NCBI GenBank assembly: GCA_002633005.1
Contig: NMRA01000352.1
Coordinates: 162,905 to 226,904, forward strand
Source of the DNA: Phoronis australis
Lineage: Eukaryota; Animalia; Phoronida
Length of the DNA: 64,000 bases
Reading direction: 5' to 3'
Every line of letters begins with the position of its first letter. The first letter of the stretch is position 1. The position numbers and the translations under genes were made by a program. The notes below the pieces were generated by a model, which ran no database searches, was not told the DNA's origin, and saw nothing but the letters and a program-made list of their open reading frames with translations. This document shows, one piece after another, positions 1 to 14,700 of this stretch.

Positions 1-3000
1 GTCTTCCCAAACCAATGAAAACTTTGAAATAAAACATTATTCTGATTGCACCACCAACAATATTATTTACCTTATAACTTGTAAAAAATGTTCTATCCAA
101 TACGTAGGACAAACTCAACATAATCTACAAACTCGGTTTCGTAATCATAGATTTAACATAATACATAAAAACATTTCTGATACTATAGGTAATCATTTCA
201 ATTCCAAAAACCATAATATTCAAGATCTTTCTGTACAAATAATAGAAAAACTCCAACACCCCAGTACCCCTCACAGACTTAAAAGAGAACAATATTGGAT
301 AGACAAACTGAATACAATAGAACCTCATGGATTGAACATAAAAACTTCTTAAAATATGTCATTGAATTTTTTACGCAAAAATGTATCATTTTCATTACAC
401 CGTATCTTATATGTCAATTGTCATTTTGTGTTTGATTTTACTTTATTTCTGTTTTTGTTGATAAAGGAAGTTGTTACCTCCGAAAATTTCAAATTTCAGT
501 TGATCCATTCTTGTTGTTTTATTTACCGATTTATATTCAACAGTGTTTCCATTGTATACCTGTTCTCTCTTCTAATGACCACCGTTCGGATATACAGTAC
601 ATAAATCAACAACAGTATCTCTTGAAAGCAACCATTGCATAAACCATAAGAAGTACTCCAATATGAGTTGTCAGCCAATTAACTGATCATTTAGAAGCAA
701 AACAGAGGGTTATATTCAATTGTTTTATATTATTCACCACAACTTTACATGAAACGTGAGGTCTCTAATATGATTACATTGGTTAAAATTTTAATTAATA
801 ACCTATTTCCTCACACATGCTGCCACGAATTGCTCACACCCATTATAAATCTAACACTTATATCACAAAGAGTATCACGGTGGACATAATTTTGCTATCA
901 CACCTACAGGCTTTCGAGGACACCAATCCCAACATGTGACCAAGGGTAAAATTCTCCAATTTGGAACAGTGAAAAATTAATGATTTTGTTAAGATTAGAC
1001 CTAATGCCATTCACCTGTCGCAAGCTCCGCCCCCTTGCTAATGTCGACAAACAAACAATAAGTTTTACACGGCAACGTGTTGTTTGTCGGGTAAAATGGT
1101 AGCTTGGAAACGAAAGTGTCACGAATGCTGCGTTCTGATTGGTCAGTTATTAAGCCGTCACTCAAAATCCTGACTACTAGGTCAATTATTAGAAAAGGGC
1201 AATATACCGTCGTCCCAAATCCAGGAATAATGATCAACAACAAACAACCCTTCACCTCAATGTTAGACATGGGGACGCAGGAAAAAGTTGTCTCGTGACT
1301 ACTTCTGGCAGTGCTATGCAATGGTATAATTGCGTAAAAACTAAGATTTAATTATGGACAGAATTTCGGTGTCCAAAATATGTTATAGACTCTCCCAAAC
1401 TGAAGAATTTTCACCAACTGTAATTTCAAAGCCACTCTCACCAACAACGAAAATAGAATTAAACAAATACAAAATGTTACAAAAGCTGACAACAACACAA
1501 AAGTAATACAAAAGCTAAGTGCCATTCATCCTACGATGACCAAGAACAAGTCACCCCTGAAACAAGTTGTGGCTTGACTTAGTAGTGTTGTGGTAGCAAC
1601 AACTTGCGCCACATGTCCAGGTAGGTTAACTTGTTCTACGGTAACCCGCCCCAGCGTAAGTGGTAGTGCGATTGTCTGCAGAGAGGTATTTAGCATCGAC
1701 CAGTTTGGGCCTGTGAAACATTGATTTTGCTCAATGTCGGACCTTGTACCAAATTTTAGAAAAAGACAATATCAGCCACCCCAAATTCAAGAATTGAACA
1801 ACAAAAAACCATTCTCCTCGATGGTAGCACATGAAAACATTGTTATTTTTGACCATATTATGAATTACCAAGTCTACTTTGGACGATTTTATGTATGGAT
1901 TGTCGGCGTTAAGTGCAATTTCTAGACTATGCTAATATAAACGGCAGTGTCCAATATTTGAGAAATGACGAGTGCCAAAGTCACCCATTTCCCAAACGTC
2001 AAAATCAAGAAAATTTAATTTTTTCTTGAATTTCAATGTCCCAAACTTTATAGACTGTACCAAAACAGGACAATATTGCAGTAACATATAAAACGAGCGA
2101 TAATTACCATCTCGTCACTAGGTTAATTAGGTATATGCATTGTGGGTGCTCAGCTTAGATGCTTCAGGAAAGAGATTCTGTGGTAACTTTTAATGCAGTC
2201 AAGAGTACAAACAATGTATCTAGATTTCAGGTGCACAAAAATCCCCTACCAACAGACAATACAGCATGGTACCTTTACGCCACTCGCACAAAATACCGGT
2301 ATACCCGACGTCAGTTACAAGACTGACTTTGTATTGCCAGTCAACCTGAATACCGGCCTTGCAAGAGCAATATACACCAACTAGAATAAAATTAACTCCA
2401 CTAGTGGTTGATATTAGTTCTTTCACTCACCAAAATTAATAACATCCGGCCTGAATTTTCCATACATGTACCACCCGTGGGTCCTCTTTCAGACGTCCCA
2501 CGAGGGAAATCCACTCTGCCAAATTCCTGTAAACCTGCCTCCAGTCCAAAATCATGTTTTGAATTTGGCCTCTCACAATTCATTGTTCTCAGCTTGGTCA
2601 AGTCATTTTTTGGACCTGGTTTTGAGCAACAACCCTGTCAGTTGATCCCAATAATAGAAATTTCTTTTAATCCAAGAAAGGGGTAAGTCTGGCTGGTCAG
2701 TTTGTGTCCTCCAGTTGTTATCAAAGAATGATGAACTGTAACTCCTTTCCAAGGCAATACGGGTACAACATCCAATCAAACATAGGAGCAAAGTGAGATG
2801 GCATGTGGCCCAAATTAGGGGTCAGTAAATATAGCAAAAGGTGGGTTTATGCCATATCCATCAGAGGTTATCAAATTTTTAAGTTTGCCCTCTGCACTAA
2901 CTCGTACATTTGATGTGCAAAATGAGACTAACCCCGAGCTTTAACCTTTCTTTAATAGCTTTAACCTCAGGTACAAATTAATGCATTGTTTACTAAAGAA

Positions 3001-3512
3001 ATGTGTACAGAAAAAATGGAAATACTCGAAAGTTTGATTCTCACATATACTAACAGTAACCTCTCTATACCTGGTAATTGTTCATATAACTATTGCATTT
3101 TAAAAACATCAAATTAACCAAAATATAAACACAGATGGGACAATGTTATTTGTGTACAAACAAATCTGCTAAGCATGTTTACCACTATTATACAAGCATA
3201 AATTTAAATCCTCAAAAATTTGGTATGTTAATGTTGCCTCCTAATCACACCCACAATGTGTAGTTTTGGGTATAATTCGTAAAACCTGGAATAAGGAGAG
3301 GGAGAAGACAAAGAGATCTACAACCCCAGTAACAGCCCTGAAGAAGGGGCTGTATTTCAGGCATGCTTTTGTTCAAAGGTTCCCGTTTGAGCCAATCACC
3401 AGCCCAGGGTACTAAGAGCTAGTCTGATGTAATAGGGTTATCAGGCCATGCATACTGACATTGCAATGGGAAAAAGCTGTTTCGCTGCTCTTAAAAAGTA
3501 CTTAACAATAAA

Positions 3513-3960
3513 TATCCAATTCGGAACAGTGAAAAATTAATTATTTAGCTAATGCGGAAGCTTGTGCCAAATTCTAGAAACAGACAATATCAGTAGTCCC
3601 AAATTCAAGAATCACTAAAAGACAGTAAGATTTCAACTCTATAGATTAAAGACCTTATCCTAAATTTGAGAAACATGGTGAGTTGCGAGTTGTTTCACTG
3701 TCCTTAAAATCTACGGTAAAAATCATCCAATTTGGGACAGTGAAAAATTTATTATTTTGGTCCTCAAGGTCAGAGCTTGTCCCACATTCCAGAAACAGAC
3801 AATATTGGTCGTTCCGACTGGAAAGACAGCAAAATTTCACACTCTGTAGATTGAAAAGACATTGTTGAGAAATATGATGCACACCAAATTTGCCTGTGTC
3901 CCAAATTCTAGAATCAAGGAAACTTTTGTGGGAGTGTCCCAGACCCAAATTCTCCAAATT
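3513..3960 (+). repeat. Two tandem fragments of the same dispersed family as 47491-47779
   Basis: Repeated ccaatt(t/c)gg.acagtgaaaaatt...gcttgt.cca.att.tagaaacagacaatat. Confidence 0.65.
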
Positions 3961-5476
3961 AAAGAATTTTTCCAGTATTCATGGTTTGCAAGTTTGATTC
4001 ATAAACGGACCCTATCAAACGGGTTTTGAGATTTAAAACAGCATCAATACCAAAGCTCATGATTTGCGTTGAGTGAAACAAAGAATGTATGACCTCAAAG
4101 TTGAAAAAGACGGTGAAGTCGAGGCTTTTTAATGAAATAATCCCCTGAAATGTTGTCAGCACAAATTGCACTCTAGTATGCCATAAATACGCGACTAGGT
4201 TGTAATCCTACTAAAAACAATAAATTTAACAGTTGAAAATCATTCACACACGCACACAGGCACATACACTAAATCTATATTCTAAGAATCATGTGACAAT
4301 ATTGTGGAATTTCTAGTGAATCCCAAAATTGTGTCTTCAGTTTTGAAAAACAGCTTGGTCCAGAGCAACTGAATAGCTTCCATGACATCCAATATGAGTT
4401 TCAACAGATTTCTTTACATTTCATAAACATTGACACTGTTTTTGGACTTAAGATTAATTCCTCCACAACCCATTTCTTAAGTTTTACCAAAAATAGCCTG
4501 ATAGTTTCACATACTTGAAGCAAAGTGTTGACGGGAATTACACCATACAATGACGAAGATGTACAAATGGTGAGTTTTGTATTTGAAAAGCACACACCAT
4601 CGAAAGAAATCAGGTATTAGTAAACTTCAGAACCTGAAATGACATTGTGCTCTGTAACAAAACTGTCTCCTCGATTCTCTTAGTCATATGATTCCCTACA
4701 CCAGGTCAGATTTAAATAAAGACAACAAAAGTTAATAAATTCATAAGTTTTATCAATGATTAGTTGAATACGCAGCTACAGACCTCTTACTTTTAACACA
4801 ATGCGTTGGAATCTTAAAAAAATGACGTATTTGACAAGCTCAGCTTCAAAATAATGACGGCAGTATCAGAAAACCAGGTTTCCAAAAACACTAGATGGCG
4901 GTTTAAGCAATAGTCACAAATTGGTGTACCGGATTTTAAGAACCAGTTTGATGCCCAATATTTGGTGGAGAGCACTGATTCTCAAAATGCGTAATGTAAG
5001 TGACTCTCACCATGTTTAATTGATGGCTAAAAATGTTGAAAAGCAAGCATGCGTTTGTTTTACCTGACTACCTGGCTCTACAATTCAAATGAAGGGTCAG
5101 TTCTTGGCTCATTCCAGCTTGAAAGTGGCTGGATGACAAATTCTGCCAAGGTTTGACAAGGTTTGATCATTTCTAGATCATCAGGAATGATTTTGACATG
5201 ATCTTTTAGAGTTACCATAACATATTTGGAATGTAGCCCCACCATAAGCCGGGTCACCAAGAAGACATTTCATAGAATAATAGTTGCGTAATTAGTTTAC
5301 TTTCTACTCCTTGTGTGGTCAAAAGCACATATTCAGTAGTGATCACCACCTCCCGATCTCTACAACTGAATAATGCTAAGCATAGATAGAAATTCAACGA
5401 AACATGCTTAACGAATGAGCAGATGTCCTCACATTATACAAGAATTTGCCATCAATGGCACTAGCTTTGTAGGCTT

Positions 5477-5710
5477 TCATGAAGCGTTATTCAGGTCAGT
5501 CTTCACTTCATCTACACTGACCCCATAAGTGGGAGTGGCCCTATCATTAAGGTTTGTCGTTTCATTGGGATTCCCCTCCCGCTCCTTTAACACTTCTCTA
5601 TAGGTGGGGGGAGGGGGTGCGGGGATGGGCCCCTTATCACCTGATGCTCCTGGCTGCGATGTAATTGGTTGGTCGGTGTCATCATCGTTCTCAACACTAC
5701 TTATGTCCTC
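5477..5710 (-). CDS. DNAJC5: DNAJC5 last coding exon (EDISSVEND...PITSQPG...NETTNL...NNAS*)
   Basis: Acceptor ttttgtag, phase 0, open to TGA at 5477-5479; resembles CSP C-termini (PIxxQP, xETTxL). Confidence 0.85.
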   Translation of the reverse strand, partial: EDISSVENDDDTDQPITSQPGASGDKGPIPAPPPPTYREVLKEREGNPNETTNLNDRATPTYGVSVDEVKTDLNNAS

Positions 5711-8700
5711 CTACAAAAGGTCATATCAAATTTTTGTAGTTGTATTGTAAATATTACAGGTATCACATTGACGACGGATATTCTATGGAGAAATATATTC
5801 TAATGATAACACTAAAACATGGACTGAAAATGTCATTAACTTTTAACTAGTATTCAGACACACACAGCACTAATTTGTACATAGACAATGATACTAATTC
5901 ACAAAATTTTAAGTTTAGTCTGCATGCCACCTGTTGGCCACATAATGTGACCAAATGAATATAAGTTTGAAAGAATATCTAAACCAACCGAAACACGAAC
6001 CCGGGACCTTCTACTAACTATGCAGAAGGTTCCGGGTTCAAATTACCAGTTGGGGCACAAATCTTTTCAGTCTTATACGGTATTCTTTAGGTCACGTGAT
6101 GTACCAACATGTGGCATGTAGACCAGACTTAAAAATATTTGCAATCTATATTTTCACGATGGTTTAAGATTTACACATTATACTAATTCATGTTAACTAC
6201 TTTGACTAAAACACACTCTTTACAATACAATCAACAGACATTTTCATAATCTTAACTGTTCGAAATCACAAGAACTATGGGTTACTCTGTTCAGGCTCTC
6301 TGATAGCACGGGACAAGCTATATGAACAATGGAACAACAAACAAATGAATGCAACAAATCTAATGGTAATTGGCTTACGTTGAGGTTTCCATATTCATCT
6401 AAATCATCCTCAGGATGTTTCGGTTTACACTTTCCACAGCAGAAGTTGCAGCAACAACAAAAGCAGCAACAGCAGTAACAGCCAGTGATAATACCGCAGA
6501 ATATCATCAAGGCCTGCAACAATACAAGACTTGTTATTGTTATACCTAGAATTCAGTCTCCAGGTGGCGAGACTGTCTCGCCCATGAGTTGGCTCATCTA
6601 GAACTAATACATCATGGAAATTGACAACAGTTTGTGAGTCTGCTAAAAATAGTATGGCAGACGATTTGACTAAAAGAAAGGGAAGCAGAAGAAAAGAAGC
6701 TTTCTCATCAAAAGAAGAAATGGTCGCTTGGAATTACATTTTATGCATAATGTTACAAAATAATGACATATTAAGTTGGTGACAGTTATACGATTATACA
6801 CATTGAGTGGAAAAATACAGAATTACAATATTTTCACTGAGAAACATATTTTTCTAGTGAGTGGCATGACAAGAAAAAAGAAGTGACAACTGGGACTGTA
6901 TACAAAAAAAGTTAAAAATTATTTTTAAGCTACATAGTAACTGTGACTCAACAATTAAAAAATTGTCAAGGAGCTTTATGTTGTAAAATATATATTAAAA
7001 TGTTATTGTTGTTACTAAGGACCTATGAGTTATGTATGTATGAAATAACCAGGGCTTGGAATGACCAATGGCAAAAAGAGGAAAATTTTCAAGGTGATGT
7101 ATCGTTCCACAAATAGGCTTGTGTGATAGATAAAGTTTTGTGTAGTTACATTTAACTGAAATAAACGTTTTTGGATGAATCAAGTCAAAAGTATGCTAAA
7201 AAAGACAAAAAGAGGAAACTGGAAATGAAATAAAAGGAAATTGAAGCCAAAAAAGAGGAAATCCTCTAAAAAGAGGAAAATTCCAAGCCCTGATTAAAAG
7301 GTTTACCTTAACTTCTGTAAGTTAGAAAAAAGAAGTTTGAAGAGTAAAATCTTTTTTCCTTCTTTGAGACTTGTAATAAATTATGAATCCAATGTTTTGC
7401 TAGACAAACTATTCATGAGAGTTACTGGGGCCAGTAGTTTTTCTGAAGAAATCAGAACAATTGAGATATGCAGACATGTGTACCACTAAAACTGCATGTC
7501 ATTACTTTGAACACCAGAGGTGCTGACTTTCGCGTAAAGACCAACCATAAAAAATTTAAACTTTTGAGCACGTTAGCATACTGAAACTGTATTTAAATGG
7601 CACTTTTTACAATTACTTACTTTTGAAGCAGCTTTATACATATAATTGTGATATTTCAACCAATTTTTAGAATTCTCTAAGATATTTAGTAGGTGGACTG
7701 CGCTTGTAGCAGTGAAAAGAACAGGTTTCTTATTGATTTTACATATTGTGCAAATACATACTGCAATGCTAATATACAACTTGATAAGCAGTGCTGTAGT
7801 GGGGTGTAGGCACACGTAGGCGCAGTCAACCACCTTTTGGCATTTGAACATAGCACCTACGCACCGAAAGTTACGTTCAGTGCTCAAGGAGATACGGTGT
7901 GATTTTGGCGCCTACTTACCTCTAATTTTACCACTACAGCACTGGTGATAAGATACACAAAAAAGAAAAGTTCCTTGCTTCAAAAGTTATGCTCGTCTCG
8001 TAAACAAACTGAAAACATATCTGCAAAAACATTCTCATGAATCTGCACTGGACCATGTTTTACATCAGACAACATGTTCTTTACCATACCACAAAAGGTT
8101 GGTCAGGAATATTTGTTCATTGAAAGCATCTATACACGTACTACTCTACTGTCTGTCAAAAGACCTTGACCGGCGCCAACAACTAAGCATGCTGTGAAGT
8201 CAGTGCTGCCACCATGGGCTTAAGAAAACAATGCACAGTAACGATCAGATATAATGTGCCCGAATTTTGAAAACCGGTTTTAACATTGCATAACAGGCAT
8301 GAAACTGGTTCTCAAAATATGGGCACTTTATATCCAACTATTGCCCAATGTCACAAAACTTGCAATATAAATTCGACAGTCCCTATAGCTTTTTTTAAAA
8401 AAAACTGCCATTCTTTGGAATACAGTGGCAAAAACTGACGTTCCCATCTCTCATAAGCCATTTTCTTCACAACTCAGAATATTCAGCCTCTCGCGAAGCA
8501 AGTTTCCTGCTTTGCAGCTCAAATAATACGAATACATTTTTTAATTTTTAGTTTAAAAATCTTCCTCTTCTGCTATTGGCTTATCACTAAGCGAGTAACA
8601 AATAGCAAGTAATCTCCATAGAATTTACATATTTTTGCTTGGTCTCGTGTACTTTCATACTACAAACTAAAACAAAGTACTGCTACCAAACTATACTTTT

Positions 8701-11700
8701 GTACCACAAGACAAATTCTCATACGAATCCATAATACGCAGGTCTGGATATGCCAGAGTCTTGTTGGTGCTTTCTCATAGGTTTACGCAGATCATAGCTC
8801 CCAACACCAGTAATGCAGCCTAGCGCCACAAAAAGACAAAACTTGGTAAGATATCACGACACGCATGTGGTAGTCTGGAAAAGAACTAGGCAAACTGTTG
8901 ATAACTCAATTTGCAGCTCACAAGTGGGTCATCTCAAGCCAAATCAAAATCCACAAGAGGGTTTCTCTATACCTACCTTACACCAACCACTGGTGAGCAC
9001 GAAATATGTGTTGACATTTTCTTCCCCAAACTGTTCTGCGACATAAAGGCCCAGAGAGCCGTACCTATCGTAGATTTGCCTCTTAGATGTGTCGCTGAGC
9101 ACAGTGTATGCGTGGTTGATCTCTTTGAACTGAAATAATAAGTAAGAATGCATGTAGCAAACAATTCAGTATAAACAGACCAATGGCAGAGATGACTGAC
9201 AGTACTCCATCCACAAGGACCAGAATCTGAGCTGTTGAGATGCAGTCTGCAAAATATTGGGCTCACACATACAATCCTTTTTTGAGCAACAGTAAAAATC
9301 TAATCGATTGGGTTGGCTAGTTGAACACCAATGACAGACTTTGTGTGATGCGGCATGGTGTAATTTTGGAATGTTCTAAAATCAGGCGAGAGAATGATGC
9401 GCACTTTGTTTTGTGCCCTGAAACAACTCTGTTCTGGCCTGAGTTGCAGTATACTGTTTTCAGAACCACAAAAACTTTAAAACCACTGGAAGGGTGATTA
9501 AGACTGGATAAATTTTTTCAAAAAGACTGCACTAGGAAGAGGATTAAAGTGTGCAATTGGATGAGCATGGTGTGGTTCAGACTGTGTTCTTTTCTCAACA
9601 ATCCCAAATTGTTTAATCCAATTACCTCCAATCAGGCTCTCATTGTTTTGTTGCACTTCAGGATGTTAGATTTGCAATAAAAATGAAAATAAGACATATT
9701 GCCGAAAGCTCAAGCATCACTACCAATTTAGCAAAAATCGGACGTACTTTTGAAATTTAATAGTTCTGGATTACAAAGAGAGATCGCAGAATTTATCTGC
9801 AGCAAATGTATCACCCTTTTTGCTTTGCTTGCAAACATGCCTAGTACATTGTTTCATACTGAGGTTTGATACATATCTAAATATACAAGCAATATGTGCA
9901 TTTTATCTTCCTTAGAAGCCATCTGTTGCTTTCAATTAATAACATGTCCGCACTTGTATCTACATCGTAAATACTCCTAAAATGCGCTGGTAAAACACTT
10001 CTTCATTACAGAGAACGAAAACTGCATGCTCTCATATTCATCATTTTTCAGGCAACAAAGATCTTATCTTTGTGACGACCTTGGTCTGGGTGACCGTTGA
10101 AACAGCATTTTGATTTGCTTTCAAAGTGCAAGTCTCTCACAAAAAATGGGAATAGGACATCAAGCATACTCACTACTGCCAAGTCATTCTAACTCATGTG
10201 CGAGAGCAACTTAACACAAAATATTCTATAGTTTATTCTGATTACTGTAGGTGAAAGACGACTTTAAGCCTTTTACAAAAGATAGTTCATGGAAATGTCC
10301 AGTTCCGACCTTCCAAAAATGTCATTCATTTTTTATAAGCCCATGCTTAATTTAGTGCCCACTCAACGACTTTTGATACAATCAAATCAAACAATCGGGA
10401 CATTAATCAAGTCAAATGTTGTAATAATTAAGTTATTTAATTGCATTTGATACTTACAATCTTACCAACAATGACACAATTTCAAAAAGCACACAATCCT
10501 AGCGCTCCAAACTTTCGAAAGTGACGTAGTAAAGGTTTAGAAAGAGATACAACAGATAGACAGAGAGGGAGGGAAATAGCAAATAGACATTATGAGGGCA
10601 AAGTGGGCGCTAGTAACTGGGGAGAAAGGAAAGAGAGGAGACTTCTACTTACTGTCTCTGCAGCTTCGTGATCACCTGGATTTTTGTCTGGATGATACCT
10701 GAGTGCAAGCTAGAAATAAGAAGAGATGGCAATAAACACAACTGGCCAGTAATTTTCTCCAAATGGCTGTATCAAGGCACCTTGTGTATGACATTTGTAC
10801 ATGCAATAAGATAAGACCTTGAGGTAACAACAATATCTTGCATTGTCTGACAGCCTGTAATAGAATTGGAAATCTGATGCATATCAAGTGAGACTGCACT
10901 TAACAGAGGAAGGCCACAGTTTCTGGTGTTATTTGTAATGAAAACACAAATCATTTAAAATATCAATTACGATCAATGCTACGGTAACATTTCACACATT
11001 TTGGACTAAAATGATAGCTAAAACTGCCTACTTATAATTTTTCAATGGCTTCATATATGGCTATGAATGCCCAAAATTTTTCAAAATAGTGTAAAATGAT
11101 GGCTGAAGAACAAAATAAAAACTGTTAACGCTTTGGTGCTACCAATACCTTACAAAAAGAAAAAAAAATTCATTTTATTTGGTAATACCATATTTTGCAC
11201 CAAATTGAGATTTTACCATAACTAGTGTTTCGGTGGCCTTGAGAAAATTAGTGAAATGACATATTATGGGAGTTTTTAAAACCATCTTCTTTTGAAAGTC
11301 CCTTCCACTAAGCAAACATGGATCTTGCCATGGTGTTTGCCTTCATAGAATGGCCCATCTAGAAGGCCTTCTTCCTGTGATGTATGTTTTCCAAGTAAAA
11401 TTAAGAACTTGATTTTCTTGCTGTATCCTTGAAAACTGTATAGAAATATGAGCAAAATTTAAAGCTTCCATCTTTATACACTAAGCTTAGCACATCTTCC
11501 CAATAGAATTTTTAAATTTCATGCTATGATCTTGAAAATGTTGAGGTCACCAAATTTGACCGGCAACTGGAAATGCATAGCCCACCTACACGTTTGTGGA
11601 AAATATGTACAAAATCCAAAACTTCCTTCTGGAGATAATGCACCCAGAATTTTACTGTGATGTAGGAAATGTATACAGTCAAAAGATACTGCCACAAAGG

Positions 11701-14700
11701 ACAATAACAATGTCATCAATTCGGTGTCAGTTAATGCTTCCCTGACCCTATGCAAGAATCATACATTCAAGAATAGAGAAGTGACCTAAAAGGCCCTGCC
11801 AGCCTGCATCTTCATATCTATATTCATTTTGAAGTAGAGAACTCAATGACTGACAAGGTCACTATTGAACATTGTCTGCTGGTCATTGTGTTTGCTTGCT
11901 GGAAGCAAAGTAAACAAGAGATGCTTCTGCAAGGCCATTTACATAACATTTCGATTCTTGCATGCATAGTTGGATATGGCCAGGGAGACAGTATAACTAC
12001 GTATGGTAATACGCATATAGTACCTGGGTCTCCAGCTTTCATTCTAAGTAAAGCTTTTTAATAAGTTTTAAGTTTCACTTGAATGAAACTTGAAAATGGT
12101 TGTATTCTCTTGTGAGAAATGCTCAAGTTTTATAACAAGCCGAATCTTCCTAATTACTTAGCCTGTTATGTAATACCTGCACACAAATGGCAACAAGGTA
12201 TGGTTCTTCAATCACCAACAGGAATAAAATTGAAAACACACTTGATTTGCAAGTGTTGACAGAAGCTATGAAACAGGGATGGTCTTCTAATTAGCACTGA
12301 ATTCAGACAGTGATACTGTAGGCACCAAAAAACGTGCGATGCATCCAAGACACTAATTGTTGTGTTAAAGCACTTACAGATCTATAAAACTGGTCTTGGC
12401 TTGTTGGGTTACTAATAAAAACAATAATTGCAGCTGGTCTAGTACATGTTGTACCAGAGGTGTGCAGGGTGCGCGTGTGGGCCTGTTGGGTTCATAAGAT
12501 GAAAAGTGATTTCTGGGTTTCCAAAGAACTGACAATTATTTATTGTTTGAGACCAAGGCAACTTGTAGATGGTTGTCTCGAGCAATGACAACTGATGGTT
12601 CCAAGTCTTGAAATCATCTCCAGTTTGATGTAGAAACACTTTTGAGAATTTCATAACCAAGGTAGTCTAAATCAAAAGCTATTTTTTGCGATAAAAGATC
12701 AGTCCAGTGTAAGGCCACTTGAATCTTCAAGACAGTATATCACTAAATTAATGAAATAGCTTTGAATTTGAAAAATAGAATTTTTATATTAAACACCTTT
12801 ACTTTGCGTTACCCATACATATGTTTTTGAGGAAAGAAACTGTTGGCAAAAATAAACCTCTTTGCGAGCTTGTCTGTTTTGGCAACTGCATGCCGAACCA
12901 GAGCAAACCAGAGGACCACACCCACTACTTAATAGTGTGGTCACACACTGCCAACTGTTTCCTCACCCTGAGAATCTGAACTCATAAGACGCATTTACAC
13001 ACTAGACAGTTGTTGCAGAGAAACTAACACGGAACAGCTGATTGGGCACATGTGTGTTGGTAAACATGGCTGACATTGAGGCCAAGTTGACACCATGGCG
13101 GCCATTTTTGACAAGGATTTGACAGGTAGGGCAAGTTGCATTCGATCAGTTGCTTCAGTGTCAACTACACATCTTAACACAACTGGGGCAAGGTGAAAAG
13201 GGATCATCTTTCAATGTACTTGTGCAATAGCGATCTAATGTTGTGGAAATTCCTCTTAAGTGGAGCAATTTGCACAGAGACAACTCACATAGTGACATCT
13301 GTTCCTGGTGTAAACACAGCTTAAGTTAATGACCAAGATGATTATATTCCATCTGTTAATAGATATATACCAGTTCTATTCAGTAGCATTTTCACCATTA
13401 GATGAATGAAAAGTACAGCTTGCCATGTGGGGATTTATTGATCTTAACACAAATAAATTATTGACAACTGACAGAGCCTGCAGTCACTAAAACTGGTCTG
13501 CACAACTTACATAGAGTACAAGCCAGAGGAAAATGGACAAGATACCAAGTCATGACTGTCGATTCCGCCTGCAGATTCCATATGAAAATGACAGGTGAAT
13601 ACTTGACATGACTCATATCATACCAGCTGTAAGTAATCTCCAAATCTTCCAATTCCACAACAATGGTCTATTATGTACAATAATTCTCCAGCACTTATTT
13701 TATACAAAATAAATAAATTAAATACAATTTCCTAGTAATAGAGCTGTGCCAAATAGACTAAATATATTGATTGAGCGCTGTCATCTCAGCTTGGACCAGT
13801 TCTTCAATGGTTATTAACATAAATCAAGTTTGTTCCTTCGAGTGCCTGTAAAGTCGCTTTCCCATTAGAAGCGAAACTTCCTTTTTACCAAAGTTTCAAT
13901 AGGTGGGAAAGGTTATCTCTGGCAGATAATCTGCAAGCGAAACTTCGCTTAAAATAGTAGGATTTAAAAACGAAGTTTTGTCGCAGCTATCAGTAGAGGT
14001 CGCGGCAACAATTGTAGCATAGCTGACATGCTCTCACTAGACGGACATAAATAAATAAAAGAAAGCATATCTGATGAAGAAGAACATTGATCATTTTCAT
14101 AAACATTGTCTCGTAAATGGCAGACGAACATTTTATAGATAGCCTGGAACTCACTACTAAATACTCATTTGAGAGTACGAATGAACTGCATCGTCTGTTG
14201 TCATAGTAGTAACTTTGATATCGTTGTGTATTTGGGATGGTAAGTGAAGTTTCAGCGAAGCTTCAGTAAACCGAATTTCCACTTATGGGAAAGCGACCTA
14301 AGTTTGCAGCTGGTTTCAGACAACACTAGAGGCATTATGGATATCTAGACCAGTTCCTTAGTAAGAAGGTCAATGTGTCGAATGTATCAAGTAAGCACTG
14401 AGCAACTTCAGTCTGATAGTAACTCATCACAATGACACCAATGCCAAATGAAACATGAACACTGGAACCATGCATCAACTTGAAATGGGTCAATTACGTT
14501 CAAGCTTACCTCTGTTTGTGTAACACATGCATGCCAAGGTACTGAATGAGCTGAACTTTCACAGGAATTGTGTGACGTCATAGCAAACCTGTGTTCTGTT
14601 TAAGGAACTAAATTTTGATTTCGACGACTTACTAAAAATTGATTTGGCGTGTTCCTAACTAGTGTACACAGATGAGTACAAATAAGCGATTTTTGTTCTT

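Noticed and set aside
125-5260. Short ORFs of 60-106 aa in the ORF track
   Set aside because: No recognisable domains or splice context; consistent with 3' UTR, intergenic and repeat sequence.
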